A stretch of DNA of 64,000 nucleotides from the IMG/VR virus record IMGVR_UViG_3300028588_000820; one strand, given 5' to 3'. The notes beneath the pieces were generated by a model. That model made no database searches. It saw only the letters and a list, made by a program, of their open reading frames with translations, and was not told the origin of the DNA. Position numbers and translations under genes: made by a program. Each line of letters opens with the position of its first letter. The stretch's first letter is position 1. Positions 17,179 to 26,740 of the stretch are shown one piece after another. This DNA is from a virus.

Positions 17179-18720
17179 TCACGCTAATCTGATGACCACG
17201 CTACGTGGTTCTGTAAATTCCACTACGATGCTATTTACACCAACGTACCTAATCGTTTTTGGATACATGATCGTGTTGTTTAGATAAACAGCAACCAATG
17301 GATTGTATCCGTAATTGTGAAGAATCTCAACTCGATCGGCCGGCGGATTCACTACAACAACTCCCTTTTCATCCGGTGCGTACACGGCTTGAGTTGATTC
17401 GGAACCATCCGCATAAACGATCTTGAACGAAACAACTTCAGCGATCTTCGCAGTCGATTTTTCAGTAGGACCTTTTTTCTCGATAGCAATGTTTACAGTA
17501 TTGATCGAATCGAATATCTCAGTGTCAAACAAGAAATCATCGAATAGACCAGTTGGACCGTCAACCAAATACGCAGAAACCGTATCCTTTGGATTGTACT
17601 TGATCGATGTCTTCACCTTTTCCGTGAGTGACGTCGAGATAGAATCCGCTCTTAATAGACCGAGACGGTCTTGATACTTATCGCTGAATGCTGCACTGAA
17701 ACTATCAGCCAACACTTCATGAATCGATAGCAAACGGTAGTAACCGATCTGCTTAGCATTAATGACCGAGTCAAAGTCCATGACATCAAAGTTCTCCGAG
17801 TCATAGTTGCCTAGACGCGATGGAGTAATGTCGATACCAAATAGTGCTTCATCGCCTGGGCGAGTATTCCAAGAACCAGGATCGACGATGCGAGCGTTGA
17901 CCGTGTCCTTGAATCTGAACACATCCTTGAACGTGACCGTGTCTACGATCTTAGTTTGAGTCCAGCCGTTGTATGCCTCACGCTGCTCAACACGAATCGT
18001 GATTGGAGTGTCAAGTGGCAGTGCTTCATAGAATTCGAACGCGTAGTAATCTTTGCCAGACGCATCGGCGATGACTTTGACAACGCCAATTGGGTTCAGC
18101 TTAACGATCTTTTGCAAGCCAGCAAGTTCGGCGAACTCAGCTGCATCACTATCAAAGTCCGAGGCGTCGTATGGGAACATCTCAAGACCATCAGCGACAC
18201 CGCTGTAAACAAGATCGTAAGTCTGCCATTCACCATTGACAGCAATGAAGACGCGATCAGTGACGGCCCAGTTCAGGCATACTTCATCACCAAGCTTTGG
18301 GGCATTAGCCAGGAACTTGACGACGGTACGATCCGGGTCGATTGTATAGTCCGAGTTGAGTAGCTTTCGAACACCGTTGACAGAAACTTCGACACCATTG
18401 TTGTATGGCACGAAGTATGAGCCAGGAGCCCCAGGAACCTCATCAGTGACGCCAATGCGTTTACACTGATGGAAATCATCTGAGTAGCGAGGAAAGACCG
18501 CTGCGGGAATCCTGTATTGAACTCGTTTGCCATCAGATACCGCATGAAGTTCCCAAACGCTTGAGAACTTCATTTCCATCTTGCTTGAATCAGAAATTGA
18601 TACGAAGAGGTTGTCGTTTGCTTGATACTCAACGACAACGTCTGTCAACTTCGAGTGGAACGGTTTGATGTCATTGATGTACGATACTAGGCTTGATACG
18701 TCTAATGAATCAGTTCTCAT
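17179..18720 (-). CDS. Baseplate wedge-associated protein with C-terminal 'HNL' module
   Basis: 'YINDIKPFHSKL' motif, FD..FD repeats, 'ILHNYGYNPLV'; start taken as ATG 18720. Confidence 0.6.
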   Translation of the reverse strand: MRTDSLDVSSLVSYINDIKPFHSKLTDVVVEYQANDNLFVSISDSSKMEMKFSSVWELHAVSDGKRVQYRIPAAVFPRYSDDFHQCKRIGVTDEVPGAPGSYFVPYNNGVEVSVNGVRKLLNSDYTIDPDRTVVKFLANAPKLGDEVCLNWAVTDRVFIAVNGEWQTYDLVYSGVADGLEMFPYDASDFDSDAAEFAELAGLQKIVKLNPIGVVKVIADASGKDYYAFEFYEALPLDTPITIRVEQREAYNGWTQTKIVDTVTFKDVFRFKDTVNARIVDPGSWNTRPGDEALFGIDITPSRLGNYDSENFDVMDFDSVINAKQIGYYRLLSIHEVLADSFSAAFSDKYQDRLGLLRADSISTSLTEKVKTSIKYNPKDTVSAYLVDGPTGLFDDFLFDTEIFDSINTVNIAIEKKGPTEKSTAKIAEVVSFKIVYADGSESTQAVYAPDEKGVVVVNPPADRVEILHNYGYNPLVAVYLNNTIMYPKTIRYVGVNSIVVEFTEPRSVVIRLA

Positions 18721-20530
18721 TGTCGTCTTCCAATTTCGAGAATAGTCGGATCGAGTGTGCAGCAATCATCGAAGTCTTGAAGATGTCGGTGAACTCGTAA
18801 TTTTCAGCAAGCGCGTCGTATAGGACGGTGAAGAAAATTTCATTGACTTGTTTTGGCTTAGCCTTTGTCCAAATGTCGTTCATCGTTTTACGAGTTGCTG
18901 CTTGAGTGCTAAACAAATCGTCGATCATGTTCATGTCGATGAATTCAATTGGGTCTGGTACTTCAACACCTGGGTTAGCTGGCGAAATCGTTGTTAGCGA
19001 AGTATTGAGGATCGCATACTTGATTGAGTTCAATGCAAGTTCTTTATCCACGAACGCTTGACCTTCACCGAAACCATAACGTGACTTGGTGCCATTTCGC
19101 TCGTCATATGCAACGCGTGCCAATGAAGGCACTGGATCGCCGACCATATTCTGGCCACATGCTGCATCGACTAGATGATTCCAAAGTAGCTCAGGAATCA
19201 AGGTATTTTGTTGTTCGCGAATCATAGCCCATTCAGTGTGCACGTTCTTCAATTCAATATCGCGCGGATCATCGCGTAGAATGAAGTCACGAGTGAATCG
19301 AATCTTGTATGTATCGTCTTCCGTAATGTAACGGTTCAATCCCATGCCAATGAACTGGTTATAGCTTGGTGCACTTGAGCCAGTAGGTGTTGAAATGTTT
19401 TGTAGGATTGCGTATGGGTTGGTATTGTTCTTCAGCAAGTTCTTGGCAGATTGCACTGATAGTGCACGTCCGCGTGTGGTCAAGTTCTTGTTGGCAACCC
19501 AGAAATAGTATAGAGTATTTACTAACACACCGTCGCCATTGCGAACTTCTTTCATGGTGTATTGGTAGTCATATTTATACTGCACAGTTTGAACTGGATT
19601 GTCCATCGCTGGGTTTGAATCTGGATCAAATGCTAGATCGGTCTTCGACGGAGTGTATGCCTTGTAGATCACCGTAACAATGTCTCCTAGCTTAGCGTTC
19701 AAGCCAGAGCAGTCGATCACATTCTTCATGGTCGAGACTTTAGACACGTCTTGGTAAACACCGTTGACATAGACATTCAAACGTGGAAGTGAAAGGGTGC
19801 TTTCGCCGCTGATCGAGAATTGAACAGATGCAGGAGTACCGTCGTACTTTTTTTGAAGTAACGTGTCAGTGATTGGTTCATACTCGCCCCACACATAATC
19901 GAAGCGGCTTGCGGTTGTGCCGTCTGGTAGGGTTGCTGGGTATGAACGGTCTTTTCTGATTGCCGGAATTAGAGCGGAAGTAACGCGCGAGATTTCGTTC
20001 CAATCGCCAAAATAAGGCTGCCACATATTGTTCGGGCTTGCGGTGTCCGACTTCAAATCTGTAGCTGAAGGCTCTTTGTAAAGGACCCATCCTTGATAGT
20101 CGCCCAAAGTCAAGTCCGCATCAGTTCTTGCTGGCAGGACACTTGCGCCAAATGGAATGTTCACGTCAACTGGGACGGCAGCACGCAAGACAACATCGGT
20201 GGTTGCTGCGCAGATATTATCCGCGACCACTGTCATGCGTTGAAGCTTGGAAGAAAAAAGCGGGTGCGCGTGAGTAACCGTTGTTTGGCCAGAAATTTGA
20301 ATACCAAATGCAGCGAATACCACAGTAAACGCTGCATCAGTCTGGTCAGCAACATCGGTGTCAATAAGAACGACCTCATTCAAGCCACTTACTTCATTAG
20401 TGCACTTGATCGAAACGAGGTCGTCTTGAACGATCTTTTCGAATACAAGCTTACCAACCATTTCCGGTGAAAAGGCGGTAGGCTCGTATCTTCCGATTCT
20501 TAAATTTTTGAGTAATTCTATTGTCGCCAT
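18710..20530 (-). CDS. Large baseplate protein, C-terminal part
   Basis: 'YYFWV', 'HTEWAMIRE' and 'IPELLWNHLVD...RYG' motifs. Confidence 0.6.
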   Translation of the reverse strand: MATIELLKNLRIGRYEPTAFSPEMVGKLVFEKIVQDDLVSIKCTNEVSGLNEVVLIDTDVADQTDAAFTVVFAAFGIQISGQTTVTHAHPLFSSKLQRMTVVADNICAATTDVVLRAAVPVDVNIPFGASVLPARTDADLTLGDYQGWVLYKEPSATDLKSDTASPNNMWQPYFGDWNEISRVTSALIPAIRKDRSYPATLPDGTTASRFDYVWGEYEPITDTLLQKKYDGTPASVQFSISGESTLSLPRLNVYVNGVYQDVSKVSTMKNVIDCSGLNAKLGDIVTVIYKAYTPSKTDLAFDPDSNPAMDNPVQTVQYKYDYQYTMKEVRNGDGVLVNTLYYFWVANKNLTTRGRALSVQSAKNLLKNNTNPYAILQNISTPTGSSAPSYNQFIGMGLNRYITEDDTYKIRFTRDFILRDDPRDIELKNVHTEWAMIREQQNTLIPELLWNHLVDAACGQNMVGDPVPSLARVAYDERNGTKSRYGFGEGQAFVDKELALNSIKYAILNTSLTTISPANPGVEVPDPIEFIDMNMIDDLFSTQAATRKTMNDIWTKAKPKQVNEIFFTVLYDALAENYEFTDIFKTSMIAAHSIRLFSKLEDDNEN

Positions 20531-20587
20531 AAGAACCTTGATTTATGTTTATTAGCTATTTACTTATTTACCAAATTTCGAAAAATC

Positions 20588-23500
20588 TCAAAATGAGTAC
20601 CCGAGAGGCACAAGCACCGGAGAATCAAACGAATTTGATGAGCCAATAACCAAATCTTGGTTCAAACCTGAAACTACTGCCTCACCGTATGGCTTCGACA
20701 ATTTGAAGTTTTCTGGGTCAGAAACATCTTCAACGTTGTAGTGGAAAATACCACCGCTGATCTTCATACCAAGCTCAAGGCTTGGGAACGAAGACACCCA
20801 ATCAGACGACGAAAGAATTGCAATAGATTCACCAGACATATTGGTGCGGAACTTTACGCGGTATTCACCAACAGAGCTTAGGTATGGAACAACAGAACCC
20901 GGCACATCGGTGTAACCCCATGCAATCGGACGCTGTCTCCAGGTACGCTTACGAGAATACAACTCTGGTAGAGCGACTTCACCCGATGCTCGTACGTCGG
21001 CAGGAATCGACGAGTCACCTTCTTGACGTGCTACGAGTTCAGCATATTTAGAAGGATGAACAGTGGACTCGGTCCATTCGTACAACTCGACCTTTGCCCA
21101 GTCAGCCATCGCGCCCCAGTATGAAAGACGAGTATCCATGTTAGGGAAAATCTGACGATCACAGTATGGGATGTATTCCAAGTTCTTGGTGTTCCACCAC
21201 ACGCGACCTACATCCTTATCATCCCATGGACGGTACACATCATAGTTCACGTTGTTGATCTTACGAACGGAGTAGTTGTACTTCGCTGGTTCGTTCGGCG
21301 AAATGATGTCCACAATCTCAAGCGCTTCTGGAGTATGTGAGCCACGTGCCGGGTCCCACAAGCTCAAGTCAGAGATGATCACTTTGTTCTTGTAGTCAAT
21401 CAATTTCGCTGGACTGAACTTTGGCTGTGATGGACCATAGCAGCGAACGGTGTATTTACCACCAGTCACGTAGCCAGGACGAGCAAAGCCATTGAACTTG
21501 ATCGTCGATGAATTGATCAATGCGTACTCCACACCTTCGGTCAACTGAAGTAGGAATGGCGTGTCACGAACATCGAGATCATTGTCTGGCACAGTTACTT
21601 CCAAGAACACTTGAACCGCGTCGCAAATGACCTTCTTGCCATTCTGTACTAGGTCGTAAATCTTGGTTGGCCAAGGATCAACGAATACAAGTTCAGCAAT
21701 CTTCTCACCTACGAAGGTCACATCGTGGTTCAAGTCTTCAGCGGATACCCAACGCGACTCGTCGTCGTTTGAGATGTTGATGAAGCCGACCTGTGATGGA
21801 GCAGTCGAACTAGTGAAGTTAATCTTCGTATAATTGTGTTGCGCATCCGCGGTTGATAGCTTGATTTCAGGGAAGGCAAGTTGGCGCGCGTCGCCGAAGC
21901 TTGCAAGCTTGTATGCCCAGAATTCATCGATCTTCGCTGAGGTGAATCGAGCGGAGTTCAAGAATGCATTCACCGATAGGTTCGAACCTTTGTTCGACAC
22001 AAGACCACGCCAGAATCCGAATTGCGATTTGTCGGTCATCTCGATGTCAGACATGTACTTCTTAGGTTCATAGCCAAGTAGGCCGCGAGCGTGGCGAGCT
22101 GTTTCGCTTTCATCGATCATGCGATCTGCATCGTAGTAGTTCAGCATATCACCAATCGAGGCTTCGATGTTACGCTTGACCTTGTGATCCTTGATGTAAT
22201 GGCCGCCAAATGATAGACGTCCATTGAACTTCACTTGACGTTCAGCGGATAGGAACATGCGGTTGACACGAACACCTAGGAACGGATCGTAGATCAACTT
22301 GGAACGCGATTGATCGAACACATAGTTATTAAACAGCGTAATGTGTTCGTACTCGTCAACGATCAAGTGAACACCGCCCATTACAACCGCCGACTGAATT
22401 TCGGTCATCTCATCGTCACGGAAGATTTGGATGTCACTGTCGTGAATCTTGTTGCCGAACGAGTCGAAGATTGTCTGTGAGGACAATGCATCAGTCATCG
22501 AGGTTTTACGCATGTTCGAGACGAAGCCATGTGGGGTGCTGAACCACACATTGGTTGCGAACGGATTCAAGATTGAACCAGTGCCGGCTTCAACTCCTAG
22601 ATATTGCTGGTTGATGAAGCGCTCAACAAACATTTGCCAGTTGATGACGCGACCAGTTTGTTCATCGATTGATGGCTCCTTACCTTGGTTGAATCTCCAA
22701 CCTTGTTCTTCTAGACGATCAACATATCCGTAAATGATGTTCGCTACGTTCTCGATACCGGTCACAGTGAATGGGACGACCTTCGTAACGAGCGCCTTGC
22801 GGTCCTGAAGCTTCTTCCATTCGTCTGGTGAGTTAGCCTTCTCAAACGCGTTGAAAGTGACGTAGCGGCCTTCCTTGTCGTACTCGTAGTACTCGATGGT
22901 TGGGTTGTTGGTATTGAAGGTCTCAATACGGAACACCCAGTCTGCACCCTTGTTGCGTGGGACATTACGGCCATTCACCATTTGGGTGGTACCGACGCGG
23001 ATCAACTGCACACGAATAGCGTTTAGCCAGTGGTTCGAAATGCCCTTGTTCTCCTTGATGATAACACTGTAATCGTTATCGCTCATTTGGAACTGGTCGG
23101 TGCGAATCGATAGCAATTCGGTATTCACGAGACCGGACATTCTGTAACCTAGCTTCAAGTCCCAGTCACGTAGTAGATTGTTCGCAAGAGCAACGCTCAT
23201 GTCAACCGAGTTGTAACGATTTAGGTTCACGAACCATTGGTTCAGGCCATTGAACTTGCTGTATGGCGAAGCTACAAACTTATCAGTGCCATCGGTTGAT
23301 AGCACGATCTTGTCGCCGATGTTGAAGTCGGAGCCGTTGTCATTTAGGACGAAACGAATCTGCGCTGAAATGAACTCGGTGTTCACAACATAGTTTTTGG
23401 TTACGACGCCTGAGAAATCGCCCTTAACAGTGAAGATACTTCCGTGTGCCCCATTGCCGACACAGGTCAGTGTCCAGACTTTATCGTCGGTCGAGTTAAA

Positions 23501-26194
23501 CGACTTCTTAGAGATGTCGTAGCCATTGAATTTTGGAGTCGGTGCTTCACCATGGAGAAGAAGCTCGTGGTGGCTCAACACTCGGTGCTCGTGACGGTCG
23601 ATGGTGTAATCGCCAATGGTCACCGTGTTTTGACCCCACGCAGAATTCACGAAGCGAATCGGGTCAATCAAGAAGCCAACCTTCAATGCGTCATAGCGAT
23701 AGTCGATAGAATTGCGCCATGTGAATTCGGTAGGACCGTTGTCACCAAATGAGTACGCGTCCGCGATACCGCTTGGGATCACGTTGATCAAAGCTTCAGC
23801 CGCATTCTCGTCAGATGCTGAAACGTATGGTGGCAGTAGACGATCAGTATGAATGTCCACACCCAATGGCTTCGCCCATGCAGCCTTAATATCGGCCCAC
23901 ATCTGAGTGTTCCACATGCGAGTACCGTCAGTAGCCATGTACATTTCAGCCCAACCATCCGGCATCGCGTCGTGGCCAAGTAGAACCCATGGCTCTAGGT
24001 TAGGGCGCGGAGTACCGAAATACGCCTTGTACATATCGAACCAACGAGCATACGACACGCCATCGATCGCAACAGCCTTGTAGTTCCAAGTGAATGCATC
24101 GGTTGGATTGTAGTCGCCAGTGTAGAGGTCCAGACTATTCTTCGCAGCATAGACCGCAAGTTGCTCTTCAAGTAAGCGTGCCGCCTGATCAGTGTTTTGC
24201 GCAAACGTCGAGTCGATGTCGATCTTCGAAGTATTGAATGGGCAATCTTGGTATAGCTGATTCTCGATCATCAACGTGATTTGGGATGCAACGACGCCAA
24301 TGTTCAGAACAGCCCATGCTTGCGAAATGTCGCCTTGCTCGATCCAGCCTTCGCCGTCAAATGCGAATAGCTTGTTTTGAGCGCGCACATAGAACGTATC
24401 ACCAACTGAAGCCGGGAATACTGGACCAGTGTCTGACTTAACAGCGAAGTACTTTAGTTCATTGGTGTTTGCGTCATACCAGAATTGATTCTTGTATGGG
24501 CGAGCTGGTGGCAAGTATCCGATAACGCCTGGAGTAGAGGAGCCATCAGAACGCTTGAATACCATATTGGCGATGTTCTTCTCAGTCGCCACGTTTGTTA
24601 CGTCAACCGCGGATAGGTGTCCGTCATGATGCTGAAGCATCAATGCGCCGATGCTTTGATCGAAGTAGATGCTTGGCTGATATGCTTTGCCTAGACCCAG
24701 GTAAGGAATAGTCGCGACCCAACCGACGATACTCGAGGTTGTATCGCTGAAGACTGACGCATCGTTACGTGAAGCAACTGAAGCTAGGAATTCTTTGTAA
24801 AGCGGTGCAAGCGATTCATCTTCGTCGTTTGATAGCATCGTGCTTGGAGCAACCACCTTTCCATCAACGATGAAGTCCGCAACGTTGCGAGTCACAAACT
24901 CGTTGATTGAGTTTAGCAACTGTGCGTATTGAAGCTTACCGAATTCGATAATGCTTGGCACAGATACATCAAGTTGATTTGCGAGTCCAAGGAATAGACC
25001 AAAGTTGGTGTTGTAATCCTTGATGCGGCCGCCAAGACCTAGGTCGTAGGAATCAATGTTGCGGAAGTTATTCACACCGAATGGATTGCCTTCGAATTCA
25101 GGTTGGTTCTTGATAATGTCAGTGAAGTGGCCTAGGAGGTCGCCATAGCCAACCTGCTTACGGTTCTCGTGGGTGACGTTATGAAACATCTGCTTCGGAT
25201 GCTTCCACACCCTGGCGCCGTCCTCGTCGGTCACGTAGGTAGGAGCTTCAGCTGGACCCTTCTTCCAGATCGATTGTAGTTCATCGCCTAGTTTGTAGAA
25301 TAGGATGCGCTTGCCGTCCTTGCTGATCAAGCCTTGTTCGAATGTAAAGTCGCCGTACGCGTCCTTGACGATACGTGCCTTCAGTGCAGTGTCGACTGCG
25401 TAGTCATTACCTTCCGCATAGTAGAAGATTGGGCTGACGAAGCCTGAGTGCTTGCCGGTGTGAAGGTATAGGTTGAACAGAGGCTTCTGGTTAAAGCTAG
25501 TCTTGGCCTGAACAATCTCTTCGCCTTCGTCGCCTGGGCGGCCGTCAGCGATTCGTAGAACCATGCTTGATTCTAGACGAACATCATATTCGATGATTGG
25601 GCGCACTGCTTGGATAGTAGTGTCGATGGTGAAGTTCGCGCCGATGCCCATAGCCAGTTCAGCTACATCTTCTTCATGAACCCAGTAGTTGTGCTTTGCC
25701 CAGTCTGAGCTACCACCTGGACCGATCACATAGTATTCTGGCGCCATGGTTGGGTTGTACGATGGGGCGTCTGCGCCAAGTAGGTGGCCGTACCAACGGT
25801 AGCGAGAGTAGTTTGTGAACTTGTCTAGGTTGATTGGTGGTACAAAGTTGAAGCCAACAGCTGCGCCCCATTCTGCGAAGTTGTCGATGTCGACACCTAG
25901 CATTTCTAGTTTCTTCAATACGTCGTTGAAGGTGAAGATGTGTTCTTCGGCGCCGAGCTTAGTGTAGACCGATGGCACTAGCGAGTTGATCTGGCGATCG
26001 AGGTCTGCTGCTGGAACGTATGGTGAGGTGTCATGAGCCACCGCGTCGCCAACATACCCGAGGACCTTTGCGGACTCTTCCTTGGTAAGGAACTTGTTGT
26101 GCAAGTTTCTAAGGATCGAAGTACCAGCAACGGTGCGGTAACGTTGTGGGATGTAACTTACGAGGTCGGTGAATTTTTTGGTGTAGTCTGACAT
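20588..26194 (-). CDS. Very large baseplate/virion structural protein (1868 aa)
   Basis: 'PPINLDKFTNYSRYRW', 'FTWNY', 'PRPNLEPW' and 'WDP..G...VGRVWW...YEW' motifs; TATAAATA at 26227-26234. Confidence 0.7.
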   Translation of the reverse strand: MSDYTKKFTDLVSYIPQRYRTVAGTSILRNLHNKFLTKEESAKVLGYVGDAVAHDTSPYVPAADLDRQINSLVPSVYTKLGAEEHIFTFNDVLKKLEMLGVDIDNFAEWGAAVGFNFVPPINLDKFTNYSRYRWYGHLLGADAPSYNPTMAPEYYVIGPGGSSDWAKHNYWVHEEDVAELAMGIGANFTIDTTIQAVRPIIEYDVRLESSMVLRIADGRPGDEGEEIVQAKTSFNQKPLFNLYLHTGKHSGFVSPIFYYAEGNDYAVDTALKARIVKDAYGDFTFEQGLISKDGKRILFYKLGDELQSIWKKGPAEAPTYVTDEDGARVWKHPKQMFHNVTHENRKQVGYGDLLGHFTDIIKNQPEFEGNPFGVNNFRNIDSYDLGLGGRIKDYNTNFGLFLGLANQLDVSVPSIIEFGKLQYAQLLNSINEFVTRNVADFIVDGKVVAPSTMLSNDEDESLAPLYKEFLASVASRNDASVFSDTTSSIVGWVATIPYLGLGKAYQPSIYFDQSIGALMLQHHDGHLSAVDVTNVATEKNIANMVFKRSDGSSTPGVIGYLPPARPYKNQFWYDANTNELKYFAVKSDTGPVFPASVGDTFYVRAQNKLFAFDGEGWIEQGDISQAWAVLNIGVVASQITLMIENQLYQDCPFNTSKIDIDSTFAQNTDQAARLLEEQLAVYAAKNSLDLYTGDYNPTDAFTWNYKAVAIDGVSYARWFDMYKAYFGTPRPNLEPWVLLGHDAMPDGWAEMYMATDGTRMWNTQMWADIKAAWAKPLGVDIHTDRLLPPYVSASDENAAEALINVIPSGIADAYSFGDNGPTEFTWRNSIDYRYDALKVGFLIDPIRFVNSAWGQNTVTIGDYTIDRHEHRVLSHHELLLHGEAPTPKFNGYDISKKSFNSTDDKVWTLTCVGNGAHGSIFTVKGDFSGVVTKNYVVNTEFISAQIRFVLNDNGSDFNIGDKIVLSTDGTDKFVASPYSKFNGLNQWFVNLNRYNSVDMSVALANNLLRDWDLKLGYRMSGLVNTELLSIRTDQFQMSDNDYSVIIKENKGISNHWLNAIRVQLIRVGTTQMVNGRNVPRNKGADWVFRIETFNTNNPTIEYYEYDKEGRYVTFNAFEKANSPDEWKKLQDRKALVTKVVPFTVTGIENVANIIYGYVDRLEEQGWRFNQGKEPSIDEQTGRVINWQMFVERFINQQYLGVEAGTGSILNPFATNVWFSTPHGFVSNMRKTSMTDALSSQTIFDSFGNKIHDSDIQIFRDDEMTEIQSAVVMGGVHLIVDEYEHITLFNNYVFDQSRSKLIYDPFLGVRVNRMFLSAERQVKFNGRLSFGGHYIKDHKVKRNIEASIGDMLNYYDADRMIDESETARHARGLLGYEPKKYMSDIEMTDKSQFGFWRGLVSNKGSNLSVNAFLNSARFTSAKIDEFWAYKLASFGDARQLAFPEIKLSTADAQHNYTKINFTSSTAPSQVGFINISNDDESRWVSAEDLNHDVTFVGEKIAELVFVDPWPTKIYDLVQNGKKVICDAVQVFLEVTVPDNDLDVRDTPFLLQLTEGVEYALINSSTIKFNGFARPGYVTGGKYTVRCYGPSQPKFSPAKLIDYKNKVIISDLSLWDPARGSHTPEALEIVDIISPNEPAKYNYSVRKINNVNYDVYRPWDDKDVGRVWWNTKNLEYIPYCDRQIFPNMDTRLSYWGAMADWAKVELYEWTESTVHPSKYAELVARQEGDSSIPADVRASGEVALPELYSRKRTWRQRPIAWGYTDVPGSVVPYLSSVGEYRVKFRTNMSGESIAILSSSDWVSSFPSLELGMKISGGIFHYNVEDVSDPENFKLSKPYGEAVVSGLNQDLVIGSSNSFDSPVLVPLGYSF

Positions 26195-26315
26195 TAACTT
26201 CTTCCATTTGGTATTCGTTATGGAGATATTTATAAAATGTCCGTTTCTTAAAATTTGTGATATTATGGCTCAAGTGATAAATATGGAATAACATCTCCTA
26301 TATCAGAGGAATCAA

Positions 26316-26690
26316 ATGACTAAACTAATAGACATCTTCGAAGCGAAGATCAGCGGCCAACCATCGCCGCTAGCCGAAGCTAAGAACAAAGGAAGCGTTA
26401 AGCTAAAACCATGGGCAACTGAGCTAGCAGCGATCATCGAAAAAGGTCGCCCAAGTACCGAATTTGGTATTGGTGGCATGGGTGGTGAAGGCGAAACGAT
26501 CACCAAAGCAGAAATGAAAAAGATCGTGGACGCTTTCAAAGCGGCGGGATATGAAGTCAAGAAAGGCCAACATGGCTATAAAGGCGACTTCATCTACAGC
26601 AAGGAAGACCCAAAGAAAGGCGTATTCTTCACCGTTGATCCATGGGAAGAAGGCGATACCAACGTCATCGGCATGGCTTGGAACGACTAA
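26316..26690 (+). CDS. Hypothetical late protein, candidate internal head protein
   Basis: Own late promoter (GATAAATA 26276-26283), AGAGGA RBS, N-terminus MTKLIDIFEA, terminator hairpin near 26709-26736. Confidence 0.7.
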   Translation: MTKLIDIFEAKISGQPSPLAEAKNKGSVKLKPWATELAAIIEKGRPSTEFGIGGMGGEGETITKAEMKKIVDAFKAAGYEVKKGQHGYKGDFIYSKEDPKKGVFFTVDPWEEGDTNVIGMAWND

Positions 26691-26740
26691 TAGTTTTGAT
26701 TCAAAAAGAAATGGCTCCCAATTGGGAGCCATTTTTGTTT

